Assembly: GCA_963846425.1 (NCBI GenBank)
Contig: CAWJVW010000007.1
Coordinates: 168,649 to 232,648 of the forward strand
DNA: 64,000 nt
Origin: an uncultured Acidobacteriota bacterium
GTDB taxonomy: Bacteria > Acidobacteriota > Vicinamibacteria > Vicinamibacterales > UBA2999
Reading direction: 5' to 3'
Both the position numbers and the translations under genes were made by a program. Below the pieces are notes generated by a model that ran no database searches, was not told the origin of the DNA, and saw only the letters and a program-made list of their open reading frames with translations. Shown here piece by piece: positions 36,188 to 47,061 of this stretch (position 1 is its first letter; each line of letters opens with the position of its first letter).

Positions 36188-36934
36188 GTGTCGCCCTTCT
36201 CCTTTGCTGCCTGCGCGGTGATTGGTTTTGTCGCCGGCGTCATCAACGTCATCGCCGCGGGCGGATCGTTTCTCACGTTGCCCTTGCTGCTTTTCCTCGG
36301 CCTGCCTGCTGCGGTCGCCAACGGGACCAACAGAGTTGGCGTCCTGTCGCAAAACGTCGGGGCCGTCTGGGGTTTCCACAGCCATCGGGTGCTCAATTGG
36401 AAGTGGTCGCTGGCAGTCAGCGTGCCCGCGCTCACAGGCGCGGCGATCGGCGTCTGGGGCGCATTGACCGTGCCGGATCTTGCCTTCCGCCGCATCCTCT
36501 CGATGGTGATGCTCGCCACAGCCGTCGGCACACTGCTCCATCGTTCGTGGTTTGGCGGACAACCTGCCGTACTGCAGAGTCCGTGGCACTGGAGCATGGT
36601 GCTTGGTTTTTTCGTCGTCGGGCTTTATGGAGGGTTCATTCAGGCAGGCGTTGGGTTCCTCGTCTTGGCGCTGACGACGCAGGCTGGTCTCGATTTGGTA
36701 CGAGGGAACGCCGTGAAGGTGGTGACCGTCATGTTGCTCACACTCCTGTCGGTGGGCGTCTTTGCCGGAACGGGCCACATCGACTGGCCGGCCGGCATTG
36801 CGCTGGCCATTGGAAACGTGGCTGGTGGACTCGTCGGCGTGCGAGTGGCGGTCCTCCATGGCCAGAAGTGGCTCGAACGTGTAGTGACGGCGACGATTAT
36901 CGTTTTCGCGGTGCTGCTATGGATCGGTGACTGA
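36188..36934 (+). CDS. TauE/SafE (TSUP, DUF81) family anion exporter
   Basis: GVINVIAAGGSFLTLPLLLFLGLP..ANGTN motif. About 8 TM helices. Confidence 0.8.
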   Translation: MSPFSFAACAVIGFVAGVINVIAAGGSFLTLPLLLFLGLPAAVANGTNRVGVLSQNVGAVWGFHSHRVLNWKWSLAVSVPALTGAAIGVWGALTVPDLAFRRILSMVMLATAVGTLLHRSWFGGQPAVLQSPWHWSMVLGFFVVGLYGGFIQAGVGFLVLALTTQAGLDLVRGNAVKVVTVMLLTLLSVGVFAGTGHIDWPAGIALAIGNVAGGLVGVRVAVLHGQKWLERVVTATIIVFAVLLWIGD

Positions 36935-36940
36935 TGTCAG

Positions 36941-37486
36941 TCAGGAAGTTTCAAAGTGATCGGCCAGCCGGTCGAGCTGTTTGCCCCAGTATTTTTTCAT
37001 CTTCTCGGCGGCTTCCGCATTCTCCAGCTTGATGTGCTGCACGGTTACGGCCGTCCGATCACCTTTTTCGGCGAAATAGATCGCAGCACGCGTCTTCCCG
37101 TCAACCCACGCAAACCGAAGGGACTTGTTCGCGATCGCGGCGCTGACAGTCAGGTTAGGATCGGCGAGCCATTTACGGCGGACCGCCGGGGACTGCCATG
37201 CCTTGAAGACTCGCGCGACCGGGGCTGCAATGGTTTTGCTGCGGCTGATTTCGAACCCTCCAGCCTTTTGATGGACGACACGTAAACCTCGGAGCTGTTC
37301 GTACCCAACGGCGACCATCTGGCTCCACCACGGACCGCCGTTGAATTTCTCGTCGACCAGCCTGGCAATGTCCGCGTGCCCCATCGTGGCGGCGCGTTCT
37401 TTGTCCAAAAGCCGGCACCACTCGCGCCAATCGCGTCCCGTGGCGCGTTTCACGGCCTCGTCGGAAACTTTAGGCTTTGTCGTCAT
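36941..37486 (-). CDS. DUF4287 plus SRPBCC (AHSA1-like) domain protein
   Basis: N-terminal TGRDWREWCRLLD...GGPWWSQMVAVGYEQ (DUF4287-like). C-terminal SRPBCC-like beta-rich segment. Start placed at MTTKPK. Confidence 0.55.
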   Translation of the reverse strand: MTTKPKVSDEAVKRATGRDWREWCRLLDKERAATMGHADIARLVDEKFNGGPWWSQMVAVGYEQLRGLRVVHQKAGGFEISRSKTIAAPVARVFKAWQSPAVRRKWLADPNLTVSAAIANKSLRFAWVDGKTRAAIYFAEKGDRTAVTVQHIKLENAEAAEKMKKYWGKQLDRLADHFETS

Positions 37487-37524
37487 GTGCTGATTTGTGG
37501 CATGTCGTGGCGTCCCTTGCTTCT

Positions 37525-38988
37525 TCAAAATTGCGGTTCCGCCTCAGACTTCAACACGAGCGGTGCCGTGAGACGCTCCGAAGGCACTGGCTCACCGCCG
37601 AGAAATTTCAGAACGCGATGCTGCACGGCCTCGAGCGGAAGAGTGCTTTCGTGACCAGCACTGTCGACAAGGATAGACGAGGCGTGCGAAAACCCTGTTG
37701 CGACTTCGTCCGCCTGAGCCGCGGGCGCATTAGCGTCGAGCGTGCCGCTGATAAACAACGCTGGCACGTCGCTCTGGAGCGCCGCCCGAAACCCATCGGG
37801 CAACATTGGCACTCTCAAGATCTCGCACACCGAAGGGAACGGAAAATTGGTCATCGTCCCGAGCATCGACCCGGGCTCCTCATCGCGGATGCGCTTCAAG
37901 CGTGCGGCTGACGCTCCAGACGCACAATCCATCGCGAGAGGCATCAGCCGCATCCCAGAGCCGAGGCCCCGATACGTCGAAACGGCAACGCGCGTGAGGA
38001 GCGTTGTCTCCCCGCGGCTTAACTCTGTGATGAGTGTTGGGATCCATGGCCAATCATTTGTGTCTCCGATGTCCCGCCGCACGAAGTACTGCAGTGCCGC
38101 AGGGCCAATCGTCAGCTGGCGCGGTGCGCCGTCGAAGGTAATGGTCACGCGAAACGGATCGGTCGACGCTCTCGCCAGGACAGACCGCCAGGCGGATACG
38201 AGATCCAAACCAACTGCTTTCGAGAGCTTGTCGAATTGCGCATCAAAGGTCGTCGGCAGCTTCCACGTGTGAGACGGACCCTCGACCCCAGCGAGGATGG
38301 CGCGTTCGACGGACTTGGGGTGTCGACGAATCACGGACAATCCAAGATGGGTGCCGTAGCTGAAGCCAAGAAGCGCGATTTGCGGTACGCCGAGCGCGCG
38401 TCGCAGCGCCTCGACGTCATCTGCGCTCTCTTCCGAGTTGTAGGCGGCCAGATCCAGCCCCTTGGCGCGCCATGCCTGAGCACACGCGCTGGCTCGTGGC
38501 TCGAGAGCTCTCGCCATTGATTCGGCGCTGAGAAAGACGTCGGTCGGCAACGGTTCTGATGAGGGGCATGTTGGCACTGGTGTCGAGAGGCCGATGCCTC
38601 GTTGGCTGAGAAGAATCACGTCGCGTGTCGTCCTGATGGCTTCGAAGAGTTTGAGGAGCGCCGGTATACGGACCACCGTGTAACCAGGTCCTCCAGGCCC
38701 GCCGTCGAGATAAATGAGCGGGGCGCCCGGATTGGCGGTACTGCTTCTCAATCGCACGAAGGCAATTTCAATCTGTCGCGCCGGAGCGCCGCGCCGCTCA
38801 GGGACGGTGAGGCGTCCGAGTTCCGCTTCGGCGCTCTTGTTTCCGGCAATCTCGAGTTTGAACGGCTCCCAGTGTATAGATCCGGCCGGTTGTGCATCGG
38901 CACCGGTTGGACGCAGAAGCCCGATTGCGATGGCGGCGACGCACGTTATAAATTGACATTTGTCGATATTAAGAACGGACGTCATCAT
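37525..38988 (-). CDS. secreted alpha/beta hydrolase (S33 / tripeptidyl-aminopeptidase-like)
   Basis: Signal peptide, LDGGPGGPG and GFSYGT nucleophile elbow. C-terminal TAP-like region. Confidence 0.7.
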   Translation of the reverse strand: MMTSVLNIDKCQFITCVAAIAIGLLRPTGADAQPAGSIHWEPFKLEIAGNKSAEAELGRLTVPERRGAPARQIEIAFVRLRSSTANPGAPLIYLDGGPGGPGYTVVRIPALLKLFEAIRTTRDVILLSQRGIGLSTPVPTCPSSEPLPTDVFLSAESMARALEPRASACAQAWRAKGLDLAAYNSEESADDVEALRRALGVPQIALLGFSYGTHLGLSVIRRHPKSVERAILAGVEGPSHTWKLPTTFDAQFDKLSKAVGLDLVSAWRSVLARASTDPFRVTITFDGAPRQLTIGPAALQYFVRRDIGDTNDWPWIPTLITELSRGETTLLTRVAVSTYRGLGSGMRLMPLAMDCASGASAARLKRIRDEEPGSMLGTMTNFPFPSVCEILRVPMLPDGFRAALQSDVPALFISGTLDANAPAAQADEVATGFSHASSILVDSAGHESTLPLEAVQHRVLKFLGGEPVPSERLTAPLVLKSEAEPQF

Positions 38989-39012
38989 TGCTCTCCTCGT
39001 CGTTTGGCCATG

Positions 39013-40071
39013 TCAGGGAACCTGAATCCTGCGAACTTCCTTGATCCGCACTTGTTCGCGCACGGTCTGTGCAATTTCCTGTGCGGAGTCCTCAGAACGA
39101 TCGTCGCGGCCGGGCGTGTTTGGTATCGCACCGACAGCAAAAGCAGCGGCGCCCACGACAGCCAGCCACCGCTGCCAGCGGCGCGGTTCGCGGGCGCTCA
39201 GGAGCCGATCGAACCGACGGCCGAGCGGATGCCCGTGACGTCGCACTGCGATCGCCGGTGAGGGCAGCTGGCTCTCGGCCACAGCCAGAATCGCGCGGCA
39301 GTACGCTTCCGGATCTCGGAACGCGCGGACCACGAGATCATCGCAGCGCTCCTCACGAAGCTCCCGAACTCGTCGGACGAGGGCCCACACTGCCGGGTGA
39401 AACCACCACAACGCCGCTGTCAACGTGAGCAACAGCTCGCCGAGCAAGTCGCGCGTCTTGTGATGTGCGAGCTCATGCGCAAGCACGAGGCGCAGCTGCT
39501 CGCGAGTCAACCGCTCGGTGCAGACTGCGGGCAATAGAATTGCCGGCGATCGCACGCCGATTGCAACCGGCGCATCGATGCTGTCGCTCAGAATCAAGGT
39601 TGGACGGTGATTGACTCGCAGCGCCTCCGCCGCTGCCCCCAAGTCCTCACGCAGTGCTCCTTCTGGTACCGGACGACCGGCCATGCGCTCGTGCCGCAAT
39701 GATTGCTTTCGCACCGCCAAATTCGTGAGGGCGACTGTGACGCCGATCAGATGCACGGCCATCAGCGGCCAGACCCAGGTTTCAGGGAACCACCGCACCG
39801 CTGCAGGTTCGAGCCAGCCCGCGGCGCGATCCACGATGGCGATTGGCGCAAGCAGTGTCGGCGGCACATAGAACTTTAAGAGCGCGATCGCCGCAACCGT
39901 CATCGCGAGCGCTGGCGATATGCCGCGGACGCAAGGAATGAGGACTCCAAGCGCAAGAACCGCAACGATGGTGGCGTCCCACATCGACGGCCACATGAAT
40001 GCCGCCCATCGTGCGCCGGCCCACTGGAGCAGCTCCATCATTTCCTGCGCGCTCCTGTGCGTGCACGCCAT
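39013..40071 (-). CDS. M56 (BlaR1/MecR1-like) membrane metalloprotease signal transducer
   Basis: HELAHHKTRD zinc motif and four N-terminal TM helices. Overlaps the blaI-like stop. Confidence 0.8.
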   Translation of the reverse strand: MACTHRSAQEMMELLQWAGARWAAFMWPSMWDATIVAVLALGVLIPCVRGISPALAMTVAAIALLKFYVPPTLLAPIAIVDRAAGWLEPAAVRWFPETWVWPLMAVHLIGVTVALTNLAVRKQSLRHERMAGRPVPEGALREDLGAAAEALRVNHRPTLILSDSIDAPVAIGVRSPAILLPAVCTERLTREQLRLVLAHELAHHKTRDLLGELLLTLTAALWWFHPAVWALVRRVRELREERCDDLVVRAFRDPEAYCRAILAVAESQLPSPAIAVRRHGHPLGRRFDRLLSAREPRRWQRWLAVVGAAAFAVGAIPNTPGRDDRSEDSAQEIAQTVREQVRIKEVRRIQVP

Positions 40072-40436
40072 TCGGCCAGCAAGGTTTGCAGCTCCTCTAT
40101 CTCGCGCGCATCGGGTGGGCGGGATTCGAAGAGGGAGGCGACGAGCGCCGCGCTGTTCCCGCGAAATGCACGACGGACCAGCCGAGACAACACAGGTCCG
40201 AACGTCCGGCCTCGCGGACGGGTCGGCGTAAAGACAAATGCCTTGCCGCTGGTCCCCTTGCGTCGCTTGACAAGCCCTTTGTCTTCGAGGCGGCCAAGAA
40301 GCGTGACGACCGATGCGTGCGCCAACGGGCGCCGCGCGGCGAGCCGCTCTCGGACATCGCGGGCCGTCGCCTCGCCGGCGTCATACAAAGCGCCCAGCAC
40401 ATCCTGTTCCGCTTCGGGAAGCGTCGACATGGTCAT
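40038..40436 (-). CDS. BlaI/MecI/CopY family transcriptional repressor
   Basis: LPEAEQDVLGALYDAGEATARDVRERL...VVTLLGRLEDKGLV winged helix. Start trimmed to MTMSTL. Confidence 0.8.
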   Translation of the reverse strand: MTMSTLPEAEQDVLGALYDAGEATARDVRERLAARRPLAHASVVTLLGRLEDKGLVKRRKGTSGKAFVFTPTRPRGRTFGPVLSRLVRRAFRGNSAALVASLFESRPPDAREIEELQTLLAEWRARTGARRK

Positions 40437-40452
40437 ATCGACAAACGTCGAT
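40437..40452. promoter_or_regulatory. palindrome ATCGAC-N4-GTCGAT abutting the blaI-like start codon
   Basis: 6-4-6 perfect inverted repeat directly upstream of the ATG. A third GTCGAC lies in codons 3-5. Confidence 0.4.
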
Positions 40453-40495
40453 TTGCTTGGACGGCAGCGCGGCGGGGAATGTTCCGGCGGTCGCC

Positions 40496-40663
40496 GGTCT
40501 CCCACTCCCCAGTCCCCGGTCCCCGGTCTGCGGATCGACAGTCCACAGCCCACGGAAATCTGATGCGTCATTACCGTAGGCCGTTGACCGTGAGCCGTAG
40601 ACCGGCCGAAGGCCGTTGGCCATGGACCGTGGACCGTGGGCCGTGGGCTGTGGGCTGTGGGCC
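40496..40663. repeat. tandem-word inverted repeat (CCCCRGT arm / GGRCYGT arm) with G-quadruplex-type tracts
   Basis: Right arm GGACCGT GGACCGT GGGCCGT GGGCTGT GGGCTGT GGGCC. Left arm CCCACTCCCCAGTCCCCGGTCCCCGG. CAGTCCACAGCCCACGG pairs with CCGTGGGCTGTGGGCTG. Confidence 0.8.
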
Positions 40664-40665
40664 GA

Positions 40666-41349
40666 TCACACTCCCCAATGCGGCTCGGGCTCGATCTCGT
40701 CGAGCGACGCGGCGGCCAGCGCCGGCATCGCCGCTCGAGCGAGATCTTCCAGAGCGCGCGGCGTCGTCTTCGTTGCGAGAGGACCCTCCACAAATAACAG
40801 CGCAAGACCGTGCGGCACCGCCCAAATCAACGTTGCCGCCACTGACGGATCCGCATCGTCCTGATCGGACGCCAGGCGCGCGGCGCGGACGATTTCAACC
40901 AGCCGTTCGAAGCTTTGTTTCGCGACTTCACTGAGCGCTGGATACTCCCCGTGTTGGGCCAAGTGCGGCCGGAACATGACCTTGAAGTAATGCGGCCGGT
41001 CGAGCGCAAAGCGGACGTAGGACGCGCTGAAGGTTGCAAGACGCTGCACCGGATCGTCAGGCGCGTGCCTCAAGGCCGCCTCTTGTGCGGCGTCGAGCAG
41101 TTGAAATCCCGCCTCGGCGACCGCCGCGACAAGGGCCGACTTGTTCCGGAAATAGTGATAAGGCGCGGCTTGCGAAACACCCGCCTGACGCGCCACTTCT
41201 CTCAAGCTGACCGACTCATACCCCCGCTCGGCCGCAAGCCGAGCGGCCGTGTCCACCAGCACAGCCAGAAGCGATCCGTGGTGATACTTGCGAACCACTC
41301 GAGCATCGGGCTGAGGATAGCCTATCTTTACATCGTTAAGTTCTGCCAC
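40666..41349 (-). CDS. TetR/AcrR family transcriptional regulator
   Basis: SLREVARQAGVSQAAPYHYFRNKSALV helix-turn-helix. Confidence 0.9.
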   Translation of the reverse strand: MAELNDVKIGYPQPDARVVRKYHHGSLLAVLVDTAARLAAERGYESVSLREVARQAGVSQAAPYHYFRNKSALVAAVAEAGFQLLDAAQEAALRHAPDDPVQRLATFSASYVRFALDRPHYFKVMFRPHLAQHGEYPALSEVAKQSFERLVEIVRAARLASDQDDADPSVAATLIWAVPHGLALLFVEGPLATKTTPRALEDLARAAMPALAAASLDEIEPEPHWGV

Positions 41350-41358
41350 CGCTGTATC

Positions 41359-41371
41359 TTAACATTGTTAA
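41359..41371. promoter_or_regulatory. candidate TetR operator, palindrome TTAACA-T-TGTTAA
   Basis: Perfect 13-bp palindrome 10 nt upstream of the TetR start, in the divergent gap to ppk1. Confidence 0.45.
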
Positions 41372-41448
41372 AATGAAGTCAGAAGGCTCCTGAGGGGGAC
41401 CTGCCCTGACCAGCCGTCATCTCAGTTTGCTATGCTGATCGAACCTGC

Positions 41449-43671
41449 ATGACAGCCCCCCGCTCGCGCCGATCCACCACTCTGCGCCCGGTTCCATCGC
41501 CCCAACAACGGCCGCCACTGCGACGTACGCGACCGCGACGGACGACGCCAGAACCGCCGCCGCAACTGGTCCCGGCGACAGACTGGTCGACGATCGACGC
41601 TGGCGACCTCTCGGCGCCATCACTCTATATAAATAGGGAGCTCAGCTGGCTGGAGTTCAACCAGCGAGTCCTTGCGCAGGCCCAGGATTCGTACCACCCG
41701 CTGCTCGAGCGAGTGAAGTTTCTGGCGATCACCGCATCGAACCTCGATGAGTTCTTCATGGTCCGCGTGGCGACCATTCTGAAAAAGTTTCGTGCAGATA
41801 TAGACGACGTCTCGATCGACGGGTTGAACACTGAGCAGGAGCTGAGCGCGATCCGCCAGCGAGCCCTCGAGCAGATGGATCTGCAGAGCGCGTGCTGGGC
41901 GCACTCGCTGCGTCCGCTGCTCGCGTCGGAGGGCATCCATTTCGTCGAACCCGGCGACTACACGCCGGGCATGGATCAGTGGCTGAAGCAGTACTTCGAG
42001 ACCTACATCTTTCCAGTTCTTACGCCGCTGGCCTTCGATCCCGGACACCCGTTTCCGTACATCTCGAACCTGAGCATGAATCTGGCGGTGCGCGTGAAGC
42101 ACAGCGGCCGCACCAAGTTCGCCCGCGTCAAGGTACCGGGCATGCTGCCGCGGTTCGTGTCGATTCCCGAAACGCTGTCCCCACATACGGGGACGTCGTT
42201 CGTGTTTCTCGAGGACGTCATCCGCCGCAACATTCAGGAGCTGTTTCCCGGAACCCAGGTCGAAGGCGCACATCTGTTTCGCATCATCCGCGACACGGAC
42301 ATGGTGATTCAGGAGGATGAAGCGGACGACTTGCTGGAAACGGTAGACCGTGGCCTCAAGCAGTTGCGCTACGGCGCATTGTCGCTCCTGCAAGTCGAAG
42401 AGGACATGCCTCGCCGCGTGCTCAGCATCCTCATCGAGAACTTCGAGGTCGGCGACGACATCGTCGTGCGCACGTCGGAGCGTATGGGATTTGCCGACTG
42501 GTCGGCGTTGACGAAATTGCATCGCCCGGCCCTCAAGGATCCCGTGTTCCACCCACGGCTACTATGGGCGCCCGACCAGGCGGACAACGTGTTCGAGGAG
42601 GTTGCCGACCAGGACTTCCTGATCCACCACCCGTTCGATTCGTTCACGACGATCGAGACGTTTTTGCGCGCCGCGGTGAACGATCCTCAAGTCGTCGCGA
42701 TCAAGATGACGCTGTACCGCATCGGCGCTAATTCGCCGCTGGTCGATCTGCTGATCGAGGCCGCTGAGCAGGGGAAGCAGGTGGCGGTGCTGGTCGAGCT
42801 GAAAGCTCGATTCGACGAGCGGAACAACATCGCGTGGGCCAACCGGCTCGAGTCCGCAGGCATTCACGTTGTCTACGGCTTGCTCAACCTGAAAGTGCAC
42901 GGGAAGCTGACGCTGGTCGTACGCCAGGAAGCGGATGGCATTCGCCGCTATGCCCACGTGGCAACCGGCAACTACAACCGCTTCACGACACAGGTGTACA
43001 CGGACATTGGTCTTCTGACCGCCGATCAGGCCCTGGTGGACGATGTCACCGAAGTATTCAACTTCCTCACGGGTTATTCCAACAAGCGGTCGTACAACGC
43101 GCTGCTGGTCGCGCCGGTCGGATTACGCCAGGGGCTCAAGGCCATGATCGATCGCGAGATCGAGCATGCGCAAGCGGGCCGGCCGGCGCGGATCGTCATA
43201 AAAAACAATTCCGTGGCCGATCAAGGCATGATCAAGACGCTCTACCGTGCCTCGCAGGCAGGCGTCAAAGTGGACATGGTCGTGCGCGGTGTCTGCTGCC
43301 TGCGACCGGGGATCACAGGGATCAGCGACAAGATCCAGGTCCGCTCGATCGTCGGCCGATTCCTCGAGCACTCTCGGATCTATTACTTCCTCAACGGCGG
43401 CGAGGAGGAGCTCTACATCGGCAGCGCCGACCTGATGGAGCGCAACCTTGATCGGCGCGTGGAAGTCGTCTGTCCGATTCAGGACCCGACGCTCAAACGC
43501 CACTTGCGGGACACGGTGCTCGAGGCGCTCCTCAGTGACACGCACCGCGCCTGGGAGCTTCAACCCGACGGCAGCTACCTCAGGGTCAGACCACCAGAAG
43601 GCGTCGAGCCACTCGACTCCCAGCGTTTCTTGCTGGACTGGTACTCGAAGCATACGGCGTTGGAGGACTGA
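41449..43671 (+). CDS. ppk1: polyphosphate kinase 1
   Basis: YINRELSWLEFNQRVL, conserved PLD-like HKD-type C-domains, 740 aa. Has a Pro/Arg-rich N-terminal extension of about 55 aa. Confidence 0.9.
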   Translation: MTAPRSRRSTTLRPVPSPQQRPPLRRTRPRRTTPEPPPQLVPATDWSTIDAGDLSAPSLYINRELSWLEFNQRVLAQAQDSYHPLLERVKFLAITASNLDEFFMVRVATILKKFRADIDDVSIDGLNTEQELSAIRQRALEQMDLQSACWAHSLRPLLASEGIHFVEPGDYTPGMDQWLKQYFETYIFPVLTPLAFDPGHPFPYISNLSMNLAVRVKHSGRTKFARVKVPGMLPRFVSIPETLSPHTGTSFVFLEDVIRRNIQELFPGTQVEGAHLFRIIRDTDMVIQEDEADDLLETVDRGLKQLRYGALSLLQVEEDMPRRVLSILIENFEVGDDIVVRTSERMGFADWSALTKLHRPALKDPVFHPRLLWAPDQADNVFEEVADQDFLIHHPFDSFTTIETFLRAAVNDPQVVAIKMTLYRIGANSPLVDLLIEAAEQGKQVAVLVELKARFDERNNIAWANRLESAGIHVVYGLLNLKVHGKLTLVVRQEADGIRRYAHVATGNYNRFTTQVYTDIGLLTADQALVDDVTEVFNFLTGYSNKRSYNALLVAPVGLRQGLKAMIDREIEHAQAGRPARIVIKNNSVADQGMIKTLYRASQAGVKVDMVVRGVCCLRPGITGISDKIQVRSIVGRFLEHSRIYYFLNGGEEELYIGSADLMERNLDRRVEVVCPIQDPTLKRHLRDTVLEALLSDTHRAWELQPDGSYLRVRPPEGVEPLDSQRFLLDWYSKHTALED

Positions 43672-43674
43672 GGT

Positions 43675-44706
43675 TCACTGCCAACGAAACAGCTTCAAGG
43701 CGGCGACGAACGAAACACCGCCCCACATGGCCAGGATGCCAAGGTCGGACGCGACGGCCACCAGCGAGACGCCTTCGTTGACGACCGCGCGCAGCGCGTC
43801 GATGAGCGCCGTCAACGGCAGCACCTGGATGAAGGGCTGCATCATCTCCGGAAAGTTGCTCGACGCAAAGAACACCCCGGAGAGCACCCACATCGGCAGC
43901 ATGACGAGATTCAACAACCCCGACACCGCTTCGATCGTCCGAGCCCGGCTGCTCACCAATAACGCCATGCCGCCAAACGCCAACGCGCCAACCACGCAGA
44001 CCGCTCCGAGCGCAGCGAGCGATCCTCGCACGACGACGTCGAACGCGATCCAGCTGAATCCGATGAGCACAATCGCTTCGAGCGCGAGAAAAAACAGTCG
44101 GCTGAGGACGAATGACGCCAGGTAGTTCGCACGAGACATCGGCGTCGCCACGAACCGCTTGAGCAGCTTTCGCGTCCGCGACGTCACGATCGAGAAGCTG
44201 ACCGACCAGAGACCCGTACTCATGATCCCCATGCCGAGTAGCCCGGGGACGAGCCAGTCGATATAGCGCGACCCGATGCGATCGACGGGCCGCCGTGCAG
44301 CTGCGAAGACGTCGGCGCGACCTGCCGCTCGCTGAAGCGCCTCGTCCACGGCCAATCGCGCGGCTTGACTCTCCGCACGTGCCTCATCGTAGTGATAAGC
44401 GGGCGGATGTCCCGGCACGATGACCACTGCCGCGCGACCATCACGAATTGCACGATCGATCTGATCGGGCTGGATCGGGCGGATCGTAAACCCTTGCGTC
44501 GCCGTAAGCGCCGCCGCGATGCGATCACTCCCCTCAGTTTGCGCCACGCCCACCATCACGGGCTGGTCAGCGCTCGAACGGAAAGCCACGCCGAGCGCAC
44601 ACGTCATCATGACGGGGAAGGCAAAGGACCAGAAGACCGCCTCCGGCTCGCGCAGAAACTCACGAAACCGCGCGAGCGTCAACTCGACCAGCTGGTGTCT
44701 AGGCAT
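43675..44706 (-). CDS. ABC-2 type transporter permease
   Basis: Large extracytoplasmic loop after TM1 and 5 C-terminal TM helices. 8-nt overlap with the ATPase gene. Confidence 0.75.
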   Translation of the reverse strand: MPRHQLVELTLARFREFLREPEAVFWSFAFPVMMTCALGVAFRSSADQPVMVGVAQTEGSDRIAAALTATQGFTIRPIQPDQIDRAIRDGRAAVVIVPGHPPAYHYDEARAESQAARLAVDEALQRAAGRADVFAAARRPVDRIGSRYIDWLVPGLLGMGIMSTGLWSVSFSIVTSRTRKLLKRFVATPMSRANYLASFVLSRLFFLALEAIVLIGFSWIAFDVVVRGSLAALGAVCVVGALAFGGMALLVSSRARTIEAVSGLLNLVMLPMWVLSGVFFASSNFPEMMQPFIQVLPLTALIDALRAVVNEGVSLVAVASDLGILAMWGGVSFVAALKLFRWQ

Positions 44707-45637
44707 CGCGCAGGTGGCGGCCGGTCAGAGAGACGAACACGTCCTCGAGTGTGGCGCTGTGCGTGGCCAGCGAGCTGAGATCCACTTGCCGCTCACGCAG
44801 CACGTCGAGCAGAGCCGGCACGGCCCGGTGGACCTCTGACGAAGCCAGCGCGACGGTGTCGTCCTCGTGCCGGACATCGGTAACGCCTGGAAGTGCACGA
44901 AGCGCCTCGTCTGCCGGCAGACGCGAGCGGTCGGCCACTGCAAACGCAATCACATGTTGCGCGCCCAACCCGGCCACGAGCGCTTCGGGTGTTCCGAGCG
45001 CGATCAAGCGGCCGTGGTCCATGATCCCGACCCGATCGCACAGCGCATGGGCTTCGTCCATGTAGTGCGTCGTGATGAGCACCGTCCCGCCAGTCGCACG
45101 AAAGCGTTCGAGCACACTCCACAGTTGCCTTCGTGACTGCGGATCGAGGCCGGTCGTCGGCTCGTCGAGAAAAAGGAGGTCCGGCTTACCAGCCATTGCG
45201 CATGCCACCGAGAGGCGCTGCTTCTGGCCGCCCGATAACTTCACGACCCACGACCGGCGCTTCGCACCGAGCTCCACCAGGGCCAGTAGTTCGTCCACCG
45301 TCGGGCCATCGGGATAAAAGGATCGGAAGAGGCGCAGCGTTTCCTCCACCGTCAACTTATCAGCAAGCTGCGTCTCTTGAAGTTGGATGCCCAGGCGGGC
45401 ACGAAGCCAGGTACTGTCGGTCTTCCATCGCCGGCCCAGCACTTCGACGTCGCCGTCGTCGGGCGCGAGCAACCCCTCGAGAATTTCAATCGACGTGGTC
45501 TTCCCGGCGCCATTGGGTCCGAGCAGGCCGAAACACTCGCCCCTGTACACATCCAGGTCCAAGTGATCCACAGCAATCACGTCGGCGTAGCGCTTGACGA
45601 CATTGCTGCACCGCACCGCATGATCGACGACATTCAC
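44699..45637 (-). CDS. ABC transporter ATP-binding protein (DrrA/CcmA-like)
   Basis: GPNGAGKTT (Walker A), LSGGQKQR (signature) and LLFLDEP (Walker B). Confidence 0.9.
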   Translation of the reverse strand: MNVVDHAVRCSNVVKRYADVIAVDHLDLDVYRGECFGLLGPNGAGKTTSIEILEGLLAPDDGDVEVLGRRWKTDSTWLRARLGIQLQETQLADKLTVEETLRLFRSFYPDGPTVDELLALVELGAKRRSWVVKLSGGQKQRLSVACAMAGKPDLLFLDEPTTGLDPQSRRQLWSVLERFRATGGTVLITTHYMDEAHALCDRVGIMDHGRLIALGTPEALVAGLGAQHVIAFAVADRSRLPADEALRALPGVTDVRHEDDTVALASSEVHRAVPALLDVLRERQVDLSSLATHSATLEDVFVSLTGRHLRDA

Positions 45638-45646
45638 GCGACGATC

Positions 45647-46966
<1,320 letters not shown>

Positions 46967-47061
46967 TCAAGACGTACGGGCCACGGAGATACGCGGTCAC
47001 GAGAACGATTGGATCGTCTCCGTGGTCTGTCCATCACGATCCGTTCTATGATCGCCTGCTG

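Noticed and set aside
41378-41395. Shared 12-mer AAGGCTCCTGAG upstream of ppk1 (about 41384) and in the BON/PBP1A gap (about 59725).
   Set aside because: Hundreds of exact 12-mer coincidences are expected by chance in 2 x 64 kb, and there is no extended similarity around the match.
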